A stretch of DNA of 34,367 nucleotides, from the NCBI GenBank assembly GCA_010093605.1, contig MU004186.1:2274616-2308982 (forward strand), written 5' to 3'. The translations under genes were made by a program, and so were the position numbers. This DNA comes from Lophium mytilinum (lineage: Eukaryota). Under the pieces are notes generated by a model. That model ran no database searches. It was not told the origin of the DNA and worked only from the letters and a program-made list of their open reading frames with translations. The stretch's first letter is position 1, and the number at the start of each line of letters is the position of its first letter. Below are positions 22,993 through 34,367 of the stretch, piece after piece.

Positions 22993-24354
22993 CTCATCAC
23001 GGATGGGGATGAGTTCCTTTCGCTGGAGAACGAGAAGGCTACCAAATATGATAGCAAGTGAGAGGACCGACCTCGGGTCACCCTCGAGGGGCTGAAGGTC
23101 GATCGAAGCCCGTTGCATGAAGCCGTAACCGTCAATTTCAGGACGTTTCGCAGCCACGAGGACCTCGTTTATTGCTCGTTAGTCTGCAAGCCGCACAAGG
23201 TGCCCCGTCAGGAGTACATACCCGTGGTTTGACGCTCACTTCCCACGTGATGAGGATAGACCGCTGCGAGCGGTTCCATGCAGGGCGTATCCTGCGAGGA
23301 CGTCTCGGACCCTACGAACACTCTAGTTGGGTCTCCACGGGGAGAGCCCCATTGCCTCTAGAGTGTTTGCTTTTAACTCGACTCAGAAAGCCTCGCTCAC
23401 GTTGCGGGCCTAACTTCCCGCATACCTAAGACCCTACGACAGGCCTACTCCCCCCCAACATTGCGAAGAGGACCGTAATATCCCGTGGCTGTCATAAGAT
23501 GCTGGCACCATATCGCAAAGAATGGAACCAGCTCGACGATTCTAGCCGAACGAGTTTACTCCTGGGCCGAGACTTGCCATTACTGCTGCGAGGAGGGCTA
23601 CGGTATCCGCGACCGTCTTGCCAAGCCGTCACGCCGCTGAAAAATCTCCTATCAGCCCAACTTGACCTCCCTTTGGTGGGGACATATTATCATTACTGCG
23701 AGGAAAGTCGTGGCATCCGTGACGCGCCTACGAAGGCACTGTGCAGGTCCATACACACTAAAAAATTCGTCCAAGATCACATCGTTGTCGTACGCTGGAC
23801 GGTAGATCCTAAACTCAGCGGCGTGAACACTTAGGGTATCCTAGTGGATGTCGCCACTGCTTGGAACCTTACTAACTCTATCTGGCCTGGAAACACAGGC
23901 GTATGCGGCGGAACTCAGCTTCGTTGGCGCGCCGTGGTCGCGATTGGACGGATTCCCGGGGCTCGATGCTGTGTATACAACGACGTGAATTCTTGGGAGG
24001 TAATCTTACTGCTCCAGGGATTGGCAAACTTCGTCTGACGAGAAGGTAGGTGTGGGTTAGTGATAACTCCTGCTCCGCTTGCCCTACGTGACTTTGCAGC
24101 TCAGAATGGAGACTCCAGAAGTCGATGTCGTGGACGTAGGCGCCGGGAAAGCAATGGCAGACCCCGCGATAGTCCGTGACTTTGTCTAGACACTTAAGAT
24201 TAAAGTAAACCCTCTTTAATAGTAGCCTTGCCTTCGGTTTCAGAGCGCAGTCGGGTTCATTCTTCACGTCCAATCAAAGAAATGATGCGTGCACCAGAGT
24301 TCCGAAATTCTGCAGATTAAACTAAACCTTATTCGCAAGCCCTATATTGAGACC

Positions 24355-24607
24355 ATCTGGGCCCTAGGACATCGTCGTAGGCCTAGAAGTGACGCAGACA
24401 GCCCATATATCCCACGTTGAACCATCTGGAGCCTCACCCATCGCCACGTAACTCCACTCCAGGGAGTAACGCAGACAGCACCGCCTAGGGACACTCCGCA
24501 ATCATGTGAGGCCTCAACCATATGGAGCCTCAGCTATTCAGAGCCTCAAGCATCTGGAGTCTCAGCCATCATCACATGTTTCCACCCCAGAGAGTGGCAC
24601 AGACAGC
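24355..24607. repeat. Degenerate repeat: three units of about 50-60 bp ending in CAGACAGC, with internal 16-bp subunits
   Basis: CATCTGG..GCAGACAGC or CACAGACAGC at about 24355, 24422 and 24550. Consecutive 16-mers CTCAACCATATGGAGC / CTCAGCTATTCAGAGC / CTCAAGCATCTGGAGT. Confidence 0.65.
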
Positions 24608-27600
24608 CCGAGGCCTGAACTACGTTGCTAACACCCTATCCACAGTCCCCGCGCCAACGACCTTGTATGATTCCGCAGCCCTATCTTAGTCACCGCATCG
24701 GACTACTGTTATCCTTGCCTCTATCGACGACAGAAACGCTTGGAGCTACGCTATTTTTCGATATAGATTCGGAGTCATGCGGATGAGGCAGCCGGTACCG
24801 GGACTGCCGGTGGATTGGCTATTTCTGGCTACCGTTCTATCTCCTGAAGATATAGGATCGCCTCTTCGGTTGATGTCTTCGCACTATCGATAGCGAGAGC
24901 GCATCTTCTCTGGCACTATCGGATCGAGGCCGGTGCAGGGAATGTCTGTGGAGTTGGACACAGTAAGGAAATGTTGTCGATGTCTGGCTTCGTCGTACTC
25001 GAGAGGAGTGGTAGTCTGGTCCTCGCAGGTTCCAGTCTTTGTAGTTTATACACAATGACAGGCTATAGGTTTCAGCACACTGTATCGACACTGCTGGGGT
25101 TTTCCCTTTAGGATTTGGGATGTCCAATGGTGATGTCGAGGGTCAAGCGGTGCATACTGGACTACCTCTTGACCAATTTGCTGCTCAGAAGCCAGGGAAC
25201 CCCCGACAGTGGTGTCGAGTGGGCAAGTTGGAGCCAAGCCGTGATGAGTCCATGTGCCCAATCTTATAGCTTAGTATTGTAAGTACATGTTCAACCCAAT
25301 GCTCGAGCCCTCTTTCCACGCCACGGTCGTGAAGTGGATTATACATTTTTAAGGAGACTTAGAGGCGCACGTATTTGGCAAAGGAAACCGCGCAGCGCGC
25401 GCAAATTGATCCAGAACACCAGTGGGCGAGCGCTGAAGAAGCCGTAGTCTGGACGCTGCGTAAGTCATCCACGAGGCGTAGGTTCATCGTCTTGTCATGT
25501 GCATCTGAGTGGAGCCTTTCAAGTCTTCCAACGTACTAGACCCACCCCTACGTAAGGCTCCCATCGCTTCTCCCTCCCCCTATAGAGAGATTGAGCGCCT
25601 TCTACCCATCCGGGCCAGATTGTGCACGGCAGCTGCAGTTGAGTTCGACCCGATCAAGCACCATTGCGCGGAGCTTTTCATGCTGTTGAGCTTCAATCTC
25701 CAAAAGATGACATCTCTCCACACGCTCTCGTCTTCTCGATGCGCTTTGTCTTCGCAGGGACTTTCTTTCTGTCCTTTTCCAAAGCAAGCGGCTCGATCCT
25801 CCCTGTATACTCCTCGGACTCGGGGGCGAGGGGATTTGTTTTCTCTTCCAGAATCGTGTAGCGCCCATCCCTGGTATTTCTGTCTATCGGAAACAAGAGG
25901 CGCCTACATGAAGCCTCCAACGTACATCTTCGTTCAGATCGTCCCGCGTGCACCTTTGACTGCGCTCACTAAGTTAGTATACGGGCTCGGGTCCTTGCTG
26001 TTGATCACGGCTACATACTACTCGTTAGAGGGGTTTGCTTCCTTCATAGTGTCCACTAAGTTCAGGGCAGGGTACTTAGATGCAACACGGGATTACAGTT
26101 ACCCGAACGACAGTGATACGCCTCCAGGGACGTTAGCGATGGGGCCTGTAGCCCTGAGAGTACAGAGGCTTAGCGCGAGGATACTGAGAGGCGGGTAAGC
26201 ACCCAAAGGCATCGCGGATAGATTCGTGTTAGCACTGGAGCATGGAAACTCAGCGCACGATACTGGGAGGCGATATAGTGCCTGTCACTCTCGCTCGGAT
26301 CCTCGGATTGCTCGGCGTGGTGAGTGTGAGAGGAGAGCAGCTGCTTGGTGCCGTCGCTGACGGGCTCTCGTGTAAAATTTCTGGCTACCTGGATTGCAGC
26401 AACCGCTTAGCCCCAGCGTGGTTGGGATGTGAGACAAGAATGAGGGAAATGATCGAGTATAGCTCCTCGAAGCTCTTAGCTTACATCTCGGGCATCTTGA
26501 TCACCACATCATACTCAGGCTTGGTGAGCCCGAGCCCAATTCCTTGCGAGGTGCTTTCATTAGGCCGGAGAACGGCGATGGAAGAAGGCGAATCATCTGT
26601 AGAGATCACGGTGATGCGGCTCTTCCATCAAGGTGGAACTTGGTTCAATCTCAGTATCCGGCAAAAACTATAGTCGCGTCGGCAGAGAGGAAATACAGGT
26701 ACTCTCGAAAGTACATGGGAAGACCGACAGTATCTGCCAGACCTCTATTCTCGAGGTTGAGCATTCCAAGTGTCTTTTGCTCATCACGGGCGATCTTCTC
26801 ATACCGCTTCCTGCCGCCTGCGCCTTTGCCCCACTCGAATTCGGCACCTGTGTTGATATAAAAGCCTGGAGAAGCCTGGAAGTCATAAGAGAGTATACCA
26901 AGCCGCTGTTGGTTGAGTCTGATGCATGCAGGGCGAATGGCCAGGAAACGTGGGGTCTTCTCTTCTTGAAGGTAGAAAGGAAAGCATGGCGAGTCAGACG
27001 GCGGTGATAGTATAGGAGTAAGGTAGTGAGGCTATCCGAGTACTAATGTACCTCAAACCGATATCCCAGACCATTTCTTCCAGCGCAGAGATTCAACCGA
27101 CCGTACCGTCTGCCCAAACGCGCCGTCTCCGCCTTGGAGGGCCTTCCTTGTAACTGGAGGTTCGCCTTGCCGCTCTTTTGAATTTTAAACGGTCTACCTT
27201 TGTAGGTTAGAGAAGCAACCTTACAAAGGTACGACGGGCATGTGTCTTTCGCTAGTTGGTGATGGATTGCATCGCCTGGTAGGCTCCGATTGAAGTTCTC
27301 GTCAATGCTGCTATGTCCCAAGACCTCAACGACGTCCGTCTAGTACTCGCCCCCCCTTCTGGTCCAATGATTCCTCTCCGTATTGGTAAAGGACGGTTAT
27401 CATCAGCACGGTGTAGCGATGTCGCCAGGCCTAGAAGTCGCGGAACTAACAGACTCGCCCCAAATAAAATCAGAAACTACGACGCGATCTTGCATCCCTC
27501 AAGGAACATATATCCGCTGCTTTCTGAGTTTTTCCAGAGCGGCCTTGAATGTCGCGTCCGAGAACGATCGTCTCCAAGGCATTAGGCGCGATATCGTCAC

Positions 27601-28161
27601 GCTCCATCGCTCCCTCAATCCGAACCTGACGCCACCGTGTTTGTCGGGGGGTGGGTCATCTCCATCAGAATGACGCCGGGCTCGGGCCTTCTTTCTCTCT
27701 CGCTTTCTAGACATGGGGGTCCACGTGAACTCCGAAGAGATCACCGTAGTCGGCGGCTCGGCGAAGCAATGTACCCCAGTGGCAATAAGCCCAACATTTT
27801 CTCCTATGACACTGTCTGTTTATGATAGACGAAGGGTGGGGTAATCGAGTAGCTCCAGAGCGAGATTTCAGCTCTCTCACCTCAGCTGAATTTACGATCT
27901 CTGTTGACATCATCAATTCGCCGCGACATCAATTCCAACTTCATAATCAGCCAGGACGACACAAGAAGGCTGCCCATAAGTTCCGGGTGTTGACGGAGTC
28001 AGATCACGGAGATCAGAGACTAGAGATCGGCCTCAAATTGACGGCACTAAAGACGGAATAGTAGACTTGCTAGCTGTGTTCGCGCCTCCCTTTCAAGAAA
28101 CTTGTACCTCCTCGACTGCTGGAAATTCTCGCGCTTCAACATTTGCTAGACGATTGGCTTT

Positions 28162-28503
28162 CTATTCTGCTACGAGTCTTTTACTCTGCTTTGCGCGCCA
28201 TTCATCTCCCAAGGATAATCGGGCATCCTTGGTCTCAGCCAACTCCGACGTTATGCGATCTCTCTCCTTTTCTGCCTCTTGCCTTTTCTCATACGCTTTC
28301 TTCCATAAAGCATTGAGGTCGTAAAGGAGTCGAAGGTCGATAGCCAACAGCGTTGCCACCAGTACCTGAATGTCCGTAAAATAGATAGAACAATGCCTCA
28401 GTGCCTGGACCAGCGCGAGTCGTTCCTTATTGAGCCTTTCAACTTGCTTCTTAGAGCATGCTACAAAGAGATCATTGCTGGCTCCATTTGCGCGGTCGAT
28501 CAA
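28162..28503 (-). pseudogene. Fragment of a possible coiled-coil protein gene
   Basis: Charged helical translation (LNALWKKAYEKRQEAEKERDRITSELAETKDARLSLGDEWRAKQ) that continues past a TAG. No family recognised. Confidence 0.25.
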
Positions 28504-28972
28504 TGTTGGAAGTGGCGGTAAGATGACGAGGTATTGACGACTTTTAAGACTGCTAAGAAAGAGCTGAGCTTGAGATAAGAAATTCTAAAGGGCCTCGAGC
28601 TTATGTATCCAAAGGTCGATGAACAAATATCGGATCAGATGAAGTGAGGGCTTCGACCAGAACTCGAGCAGTAAACGGGACAAACCTGTCAGCTACGGGA
28701 CATTGTCCAAGAGTTCGAAGAGGAAATGAAGACGGACCAGGCGGATACTCGAGGTCAATGCGAGGCTTCAAGCAAGCAGCTGCAGCTAAAACAGTTGCAT
28801 CCACAGCCCATCCGTCATTCCGGTTCCTAACCAGCTGCCGCTCGAGCTGCCGTTCGAGCTGCGGTACGAGCTCCTGACTCTATTGGGCGGCGTGGAGGTC
28901 ACGCTGATGGATGTAATATTTGGAGCTCCCATACGACGAAATACACCATAGGAGCCTTGCAGAAGACGCAAC

Positions 28973-29136
28973 TGTCACGAGTATCAGTACACGGGACGTT
29001 GCATATGCAGAATGTTGATTGTATTAACTATCTAGGAGAGGCTGGAAGGGAGAGTACACAGCGTTAGCTAGTGTACGGCTCCTTCTAGCCGTCATTAGGG
29101 GGCTCCTTTACTAAGCAGGCCGTAGCCTCCCTAACA
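28973..29136 (-). repeat. 3' LTR (about 164 bp)
   Basis: Starts TGTCA (28973) and ends TAACA (29136; TGACA with one RIP-type change). It lies at the GC/AT boundary and adjoins the PPT. There is no second copy in the window to confirm it. Confidence 0.75.
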
Positions 29137-29148
29137 ATTGCCCCCCCC
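29137..29148 (-). other. Polypurine tract
   Basis: The minus strand reads GGGGGGGGCAAT immediately before the TG of the 3' LTR. Confidence 0.75.
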
Positions 29149-29482
29149 ATAATAAGTAGGCGTCCTCGCCTATGCATCCTAAAGAGAGAGAGAAAAAGAA
29201 AAAGGGGGCATTAAGAAGTACTATACATACTCTTAGGGGAAAGGGTGCTATTTAAGGGTATATTTTTTTATTTAGTTAGAGTATTAATAGTGCAGGGGGT
29301 GTAGTAGCGTAGTGCTAGTATAGTGGCGTAGTACTAGTATAGGGGGTAGTTATATACTATTACTATTAAGAGATAAACTATATAAAGTCGCCGTAGCTAG
29401 TATAGAGAGGGTGCAAATTAAACTATAATTACCTAAAGGTAATTAAGTAGTAATTCTTTACTTCTTAGTACTATCTATAGGC

Positions 29483-32455
29483 TTAATTCTTATAATATAA
29501 ATGCTTCTACTTAGGCTCTATAGATGGGTTCTCCTTAGCTAGATCCTGCAGCGCGTGCTTGTATTAGCTTAATCTTATAGAAGGGATCTCTACTTAGGGT
29601 TCGCGCATTTATAGGTTCTCTTAAGTACTAGATATAACGGGTTGTTCCGGTAGCGGCGTTTCTAGAGTATTCTAGTATAGTAAGTTTTAGTTATATACCT
29701 AGTTATACTACAAGTTAGGCTTAGTAATAAGCTATTTCTCTTAGTTATGCACCTAGTTATACTGTAAGTTAGGCTTAGTAATAAGTTATTTCTCTTAAGA
29801 GGAGAGTATATTATACTCTTAGAGAGGGTGCTCTAGCTACTATAGGGAGTATTCCGGGTTAATTTTTAGTTACTAGACTTCCGGCAGTTACTTTAGTAGA
29901 GCATCTATAGAAGGTAGAGTCTTATCTTATAGTAATAGTTTTCTCTCTAGTAGAAGGCGGCTATTACTACTAAGGCCTAGGTAGCGGTTTATAAAAGCTG
30001 TAATAGATAGGGGAGCTAAGGTAGGCTACTTACTATTACGCAGGTTTAGTTAGTTCTATAGTAAGCTAATAAGGGTAGTTGCTATAAATAGGGAGCTTAG
30101 TATTTATAACGCAGTAGGTATACCGCGCATAAGGCCGGTAGCTTAAGGCTAGAGTTATTCTATAGGTAAGGTATTAGTACTTACTATAAAAGGCGAGCTT
30201 AGTATTTATAGCGTAGTAGGTACTATATACCTAACTTAAGTAGGTAATATTACCTATAGGTTGCCTTCTACCCGCTCTACAGTATTTATATTTTTAAAGT
30301 TTAGAAGCGGCGCTAGCATATCCTCTAGTAGCGGGTAACGCGGAGTACTAGAAGTGCCCGCTACATATTATATACGCTTTGCGTACGCATTATTTATAGC
30401 TTTATTAGTATTATTAAAGTTCTAGAAGTCTATATTTAGGGGGACTATTCTATTAAGAACTATATTATAAGCGCCGGGATTAGTAGCTGCTCTAATAATA
30501 GCTCTAATAAGCTTATTCTTACCCTTTATTTAGTAGTCTAACAGCGCGTTTATAAGCGCTTCTTAGCTTAGTATAACTTCTATTAGCTAGTTTATAAGAT
30601 TTCTTGCGCGCTCGGCTTAGTTGCAGTATAACTCTAATATTTCTAAAGTATAGTTATTAGAGGTGTAAATTACACGCGCTATAGTCTCTAAAACTTAGCG
30701 TTTACTATATATAGCCTGCATAGTTTCCTCTATACTAGCTCTAAGTGCTTACAGCGCGCGGCTTCTAAGTATATCTAGCTTAGTTTTAAGCGCTTTATTA
30801 TCCCCCTATAGCTTAAGAAGCTATTTATATTAGAATATTACCTATGCTTATATATTAGCTATATTTCTAAAGAATACAAAGTTCTTAGCTTATAGAGTTT
30901 TATACTTAGCTTATAGCTCCGCGAGCTTCTTATTAACTCTATTATAACTATAGCTAATATTCTACTTCTTAACTACTATAGCCCTTAGTATTATATATAA
31001 GACGGAGATCTTATATTTATATTTATCTTTCTTCTTAATAAACTTGCTTCTAATTATTATTAGTTACAAGTTAGGGTATAGATTTGCAGTTATTATATTA
31101 TAGAAATCTTGCTAGAATAAGTTATATTCTAGGGTGTACTAGTTATTCTTATAAATTTAGAGCGTATAGTTATTATATACTTTATCTTTATATAGTACTA
31201 ATATGCGGCGTATAGGCTCTATATAGACTTAGTTATCTAGTTATAAAGGTAAAGAAAGAGAAGGTAGTTTCTATAAGGTCTACTCTAGGTTAATAATATA
31301 TCTATATTATAGTACTACTAGCTAAGAGATTATAAATTTATCCTTATATACTCGCGGTTGCGGGCCTTTATTTATGGGGGGTTAATATCTTAGCTATTAG
31401 TTACCTAGCTACTATTAGAGCTATACCTCTATAAGTATTTACTCTAGTTATAGTTCTAATAACTATTCCTAGCGGTTCTATATTTCCTGCTAGAGTACTT
31501 ATTATTAGCCCTGTAGAAGGGCGCTATATAACGCAGGCAAGCTGCCTTTAAAAGATATAAATAACGCATAGGGCTTAAAATTAGCGTTATTATTATTAAG
31601 GTTAATAATAAATCTACTAGTTAGAGCTATTCCGCAATCGGCTTCTAGGTGTTCTAGCGTAAGCGCTAGAACCGCCGTCCGGGGATTAAGGCCTGTTCGC
31701 GGTATAAAGTACAGCCTAAGCCCTAGAAGCTATACAGGTTTCGTAGTAATTATTAGAGGGCCTATTACTAGCTACTTATCTAATTATATTTGCTAGGCGT
31801 AGGTAAGAGATAACTAATTTAGTGTATAGAATTACTTAGGGTCTAGAGAGAGACTATAGGTAGGGGTTATATTAGCTATAATATATAACTTAGCTATAGA
31901 CGCGCTTACTATAATTTACCTATTATAGGTAGCTACCTTAGAAATCTAATTTATAAGGCGGCGTTTAGCTCCCTTATAGCCTATAGTAATATAGTTATAG
32001 TAAAATAGCGTATACTACTATATACTCTTCTTATTCTAGACTAAGTATACGGCGCCTATAGAGACCCGGCTAAGATAGAAGCGTAGGGCCTTAGTAAAGT
32101 TAGAGAGCTAATTCTTCTATAGAGTTTTAGCCTTAATTTCTTCTACTTTAAAGAGTAGTAATATCTTACCCGTAATATAGTTAAATAAGCGCGTAAACCG
32201 CGGGGGGAGGTTATTCTTTATTAGCTCTATTATAAAATTATAGAGGGTAAAGTTATACTACTTAGGCAGCGTATACGCGTTCCCTTAGTTTATAGTCTTT
32301 ACTGCTAGCGGAATAACTATCTCTAGGTCGCCTAGGGCCTATAGTTTTAGTGGCTTGCAAACTAAGAGTACTGCTATATTTTAGGTGGCGCGTTCTGCTA
32401 GTATAGTACGGGGGGTAAAGGTGTCTTTACTAGTATTACGTTCCTCTAAAGGTAT
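29483..32455 (-). pseudogene. RIP-destroyed extra ORF (about 990 codons) between pol and the 3' LTR; both ends approximate
   Basis: One frame can be followed without frameshift, and the stops read are TAA/TAG (RIP products of CAA/CAG/TGG). Internal repeats have periods of 54 and 102 bp. Reverting RIP gives a coherent coiled-coil segment and P/Q-rich segments. Confidence 0.6.
29687..29794. repeat. 54-bp tandem duplication inside the extra ORF
   Basis: TTAGTTATRYACCTAGTTATACTRYAAGTTAGGCTTAGTAATAAGYTATTTCTC twice; the copies differ only by transitions. Confidence 0.9.
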
Positions 32456-32641
32456 AGTAAAAAAGGTATAGAGAATATAGGTAAGTTTTTTATAAGAGGT
32501 TGTTATTAAATATCTTTTTTTAAGTAACGTTATATACTTAAAAAAGTTAAACGCTAATTTACTAATAAACCTAGAGTAGTTCGCGCTAGCTACATTCTTC
32601 TAGAATAATAAGAAACGCTAAATACTAGAAAAGAAAAAACG

Positions 32642-34272
32642 CTAACGCCTTATGCGGCGCTCGCGACGCCGCTTATAGTTTATAACTATAAATAGTACGT
32701 CCTCTATTATATACTCTATAGGTTCTTCTATTTTCTTCTTATATTCTTTCTATCTAACTATATACTTCTTACCCTGCGGGGTATACTTTTACCGTATAAT
32801 TTTTTCTACTATCTATTTCTCTTCCCTATTAATAAGTAGAGGTAGTGGCGGTGCTATACCTCTTATAAAAGGATCTAGTATAGCTTATTTAAGGTGCGTA
32901 ACGCTTATTACTAGGTATATCTTACTATATATCTTTAGTAGGTATAGCTTATACGCTAGATTATTAATTCTTCTTTTTATCTTAAATAGTTCTACTTTTA
33001 CTATAGATAGGGCTATACTACTAGGTAGCTTAAAGCCGGGCTTTATACTACGCACTACCTTTAGGTATACTAATCCTTCTAGGTTTAGAATAGTCCTCTT
33101 TCTATTATAGTGCACGGCTATTCTTACCTGCGCTAGCTTAATAGCGTCTATAATATCTTTATATATAGCGTCCCTATTTACTAGAAAGTCTAGTATATTC
33201 TTACTACTCTTTCTCTAGAAGGTCTTAGGCGGGACTCTATATAGTACTTTAAATAGCGTATACCCTATAGACTTATATATAGCCGTATTTAGGCTATACT
33301 CTACTATTAAAAGTAGGTTCTACTATTCTATCTTATACTTACCTATAAGGAGGCACCTTAAGGTTATTTCCACCATTTAATTTATACGTTCGGCTTGCCC
33401 GTTAGCTAATAGATAGTAGAATGTTATTATATACAGGTTAATACTGCATCTCCTAAATACCTCCTGCTAGAAATTACTAGTAAACTTTAGGTTCTAGTTA
33501 CTAATAATTAATTCTAGTAGGCCCTATATGCCGTATAGCCTATTAAATAGATAGGCTGCCTAGACTTCTATAGAGTTAGTATTAAGGCTAGGTATAAGTA
33601 GTACAGCTTTTAAGAATTTATCTATTACTATTATTAGTATATTAAAGCCTTGCAGCGATACTAGAAGTACTACTATAAAATTAATCGCTACTATAGTAAA
33701 AGGTTTATCTAGGGAGCGCACTAGTTTTAGCTTACTATATAGTTTCTTTCTACTATGCTTTAATAATTAGTACTTTAGACAGGCAAGAACATACTTATCT
33801 ACTCTTTTCTTTAGCCTTAGAATATATACTTTACTATAGAGCTTTTAATAGGTTTATATTAATTCTATATACCCGCTTATATTATAGGCTACTTAGATTG
33901 CGTTATCTACTATTATTATTAGAAGGCACACTCTATAGAACTCGCTATTATTAAAGTATAGTAAGCCCCTATTAAACTTAAAGCTATAGTAGGTAGCTGT
34001 CTTATCTAGTAATACCCTTACTTTATTCTTAATATACTAGAGGATTATACTAAATATAGGGTCTTATAGAAGGTTCTCTTATATTCTAGATTTATACTTA
34101 TTCTTAACTATTATAGTAATTATAGCCTAGTAATATATAGATTCTTCTCTATTCTTATTCTACTCTATATCTTCTTCTGCTAGTAGGCGTAAAAGGCCAT
34201 CTATATTATTATAGTATTTGCCCAGTTTATATATAATAGTTATGTCTTTAAGGTATATTATAAGGTACATTT
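32642..34272 (-). pseudogene. pol remnant: RNase H C-terminus, integrase (HHCC, core, GPY/F), chromodomain
   Basis: IIYKLGKYYNNIDGLLRL (RIP form of the I.hkpGk.n..aDgLSRl motif), AYNISGY..ACLKY (HHCC), YYLLANGQAERIN (YHPs.nGQAER), LFKIKRRINNLAYKL..IYLVISVTHLK, EK*IVEKII..KKYIVR*KEY. Confidence 0.9.
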
Positions 34273-34367
34273 TTAGGGTTAGGGTTAGGGTTAGGGTTAG
34301 GGTTAGGGTTAGGGTTAGGGTTAGGGTTAGGGTTAGGGTTAGGGTTAGGGTTAGGGTTAGGGTTAGG
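34273..34367 (+). repeat. Telomere (TTAGGG)n
   Basis: 15 perfect TTAGGG units plus TTAGG running to the end of the window, in the orientation expected for a right chromosome end. Confidence 0.98.

Larger units (their letters stand above)
28973..34272 (-). mobile_element. RIP-mutated Ty3/Gypsy LTR retrotransposon (chromovirus), 5'-truncated at the telomere
   Basis: Abrupt switch to AT-rich, TpA-saturated, CpA/TpG-depleted DNA. The minus strand retains the RNase H end, integrase and chromodomain in Gypsy order, plus a PPT and 3' LTR. Confidence 0.92.

Noticed and set aside
25509..26198. 229-aa plus-strand ORF
   Set aside because: Non-ATG start and no recognisable domain; partly the antisense of charged minus-strand fragments.
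28834..28872. 12-bp tandem repeat, three copies (GCTGCCGYTCGA-like)
   Set aside because: Real but short; probably ordinary slippage.
16200..28972. Starship captain, Helitron, DNA transposase or telomere-linked RecQ helicase
   Set aside because: No diagnostic motifs recognised by eye; an HMM search is needed to exclude them formally.
29483..32455. Calling the extra ORF a true envelope gene or a displaced gag
   Set aside because: No signal peptide, TM anchor or CCHC knuckle is discernible, and the apparent I/L/Y richness is a RIP artefact.

Overview
This is the right-hand end of a filamentous-ascomycete (Pezizomycotina-type) chromosome, with three zones. (1) 1-16.2 kb is a compact block of intron-containing genes: RAD7 (partial), an Stc1-domain zinc-finger protein, a two-HKD phospholipase D-family protein, the divergent ribosome-biogenesis pair TSR1/UTP7, and a Baeyer-Villiger-type flavin monooxygenase. 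(2) 16.2-29.0 kb is a subtelomeric zone of normal GC with no intact recognisable gene. It holds eroded ORFs with intron relics and several degenerate repeats, including a hierarchical 39-bp minisatellite. (3) 28,973-34,272 is an AT/TpA-rich, RIP-mutated Ty3/Gypsy chromovirus on the minus strand (3' LTR, PPT, integrase, chromodomain). It is cut at the end of RNase H and joined directly to (TTAGGG)n telomere repeats. The most unusual feature is about 3.5 kb between the chromodomain and the 3' LTR. This stretch appears to hold a RIP-destroyed, sense-strand ORF of about 990 codons in the position where retroviruses carry env. All calls come from manual reading and motif recall; no database searches were run.
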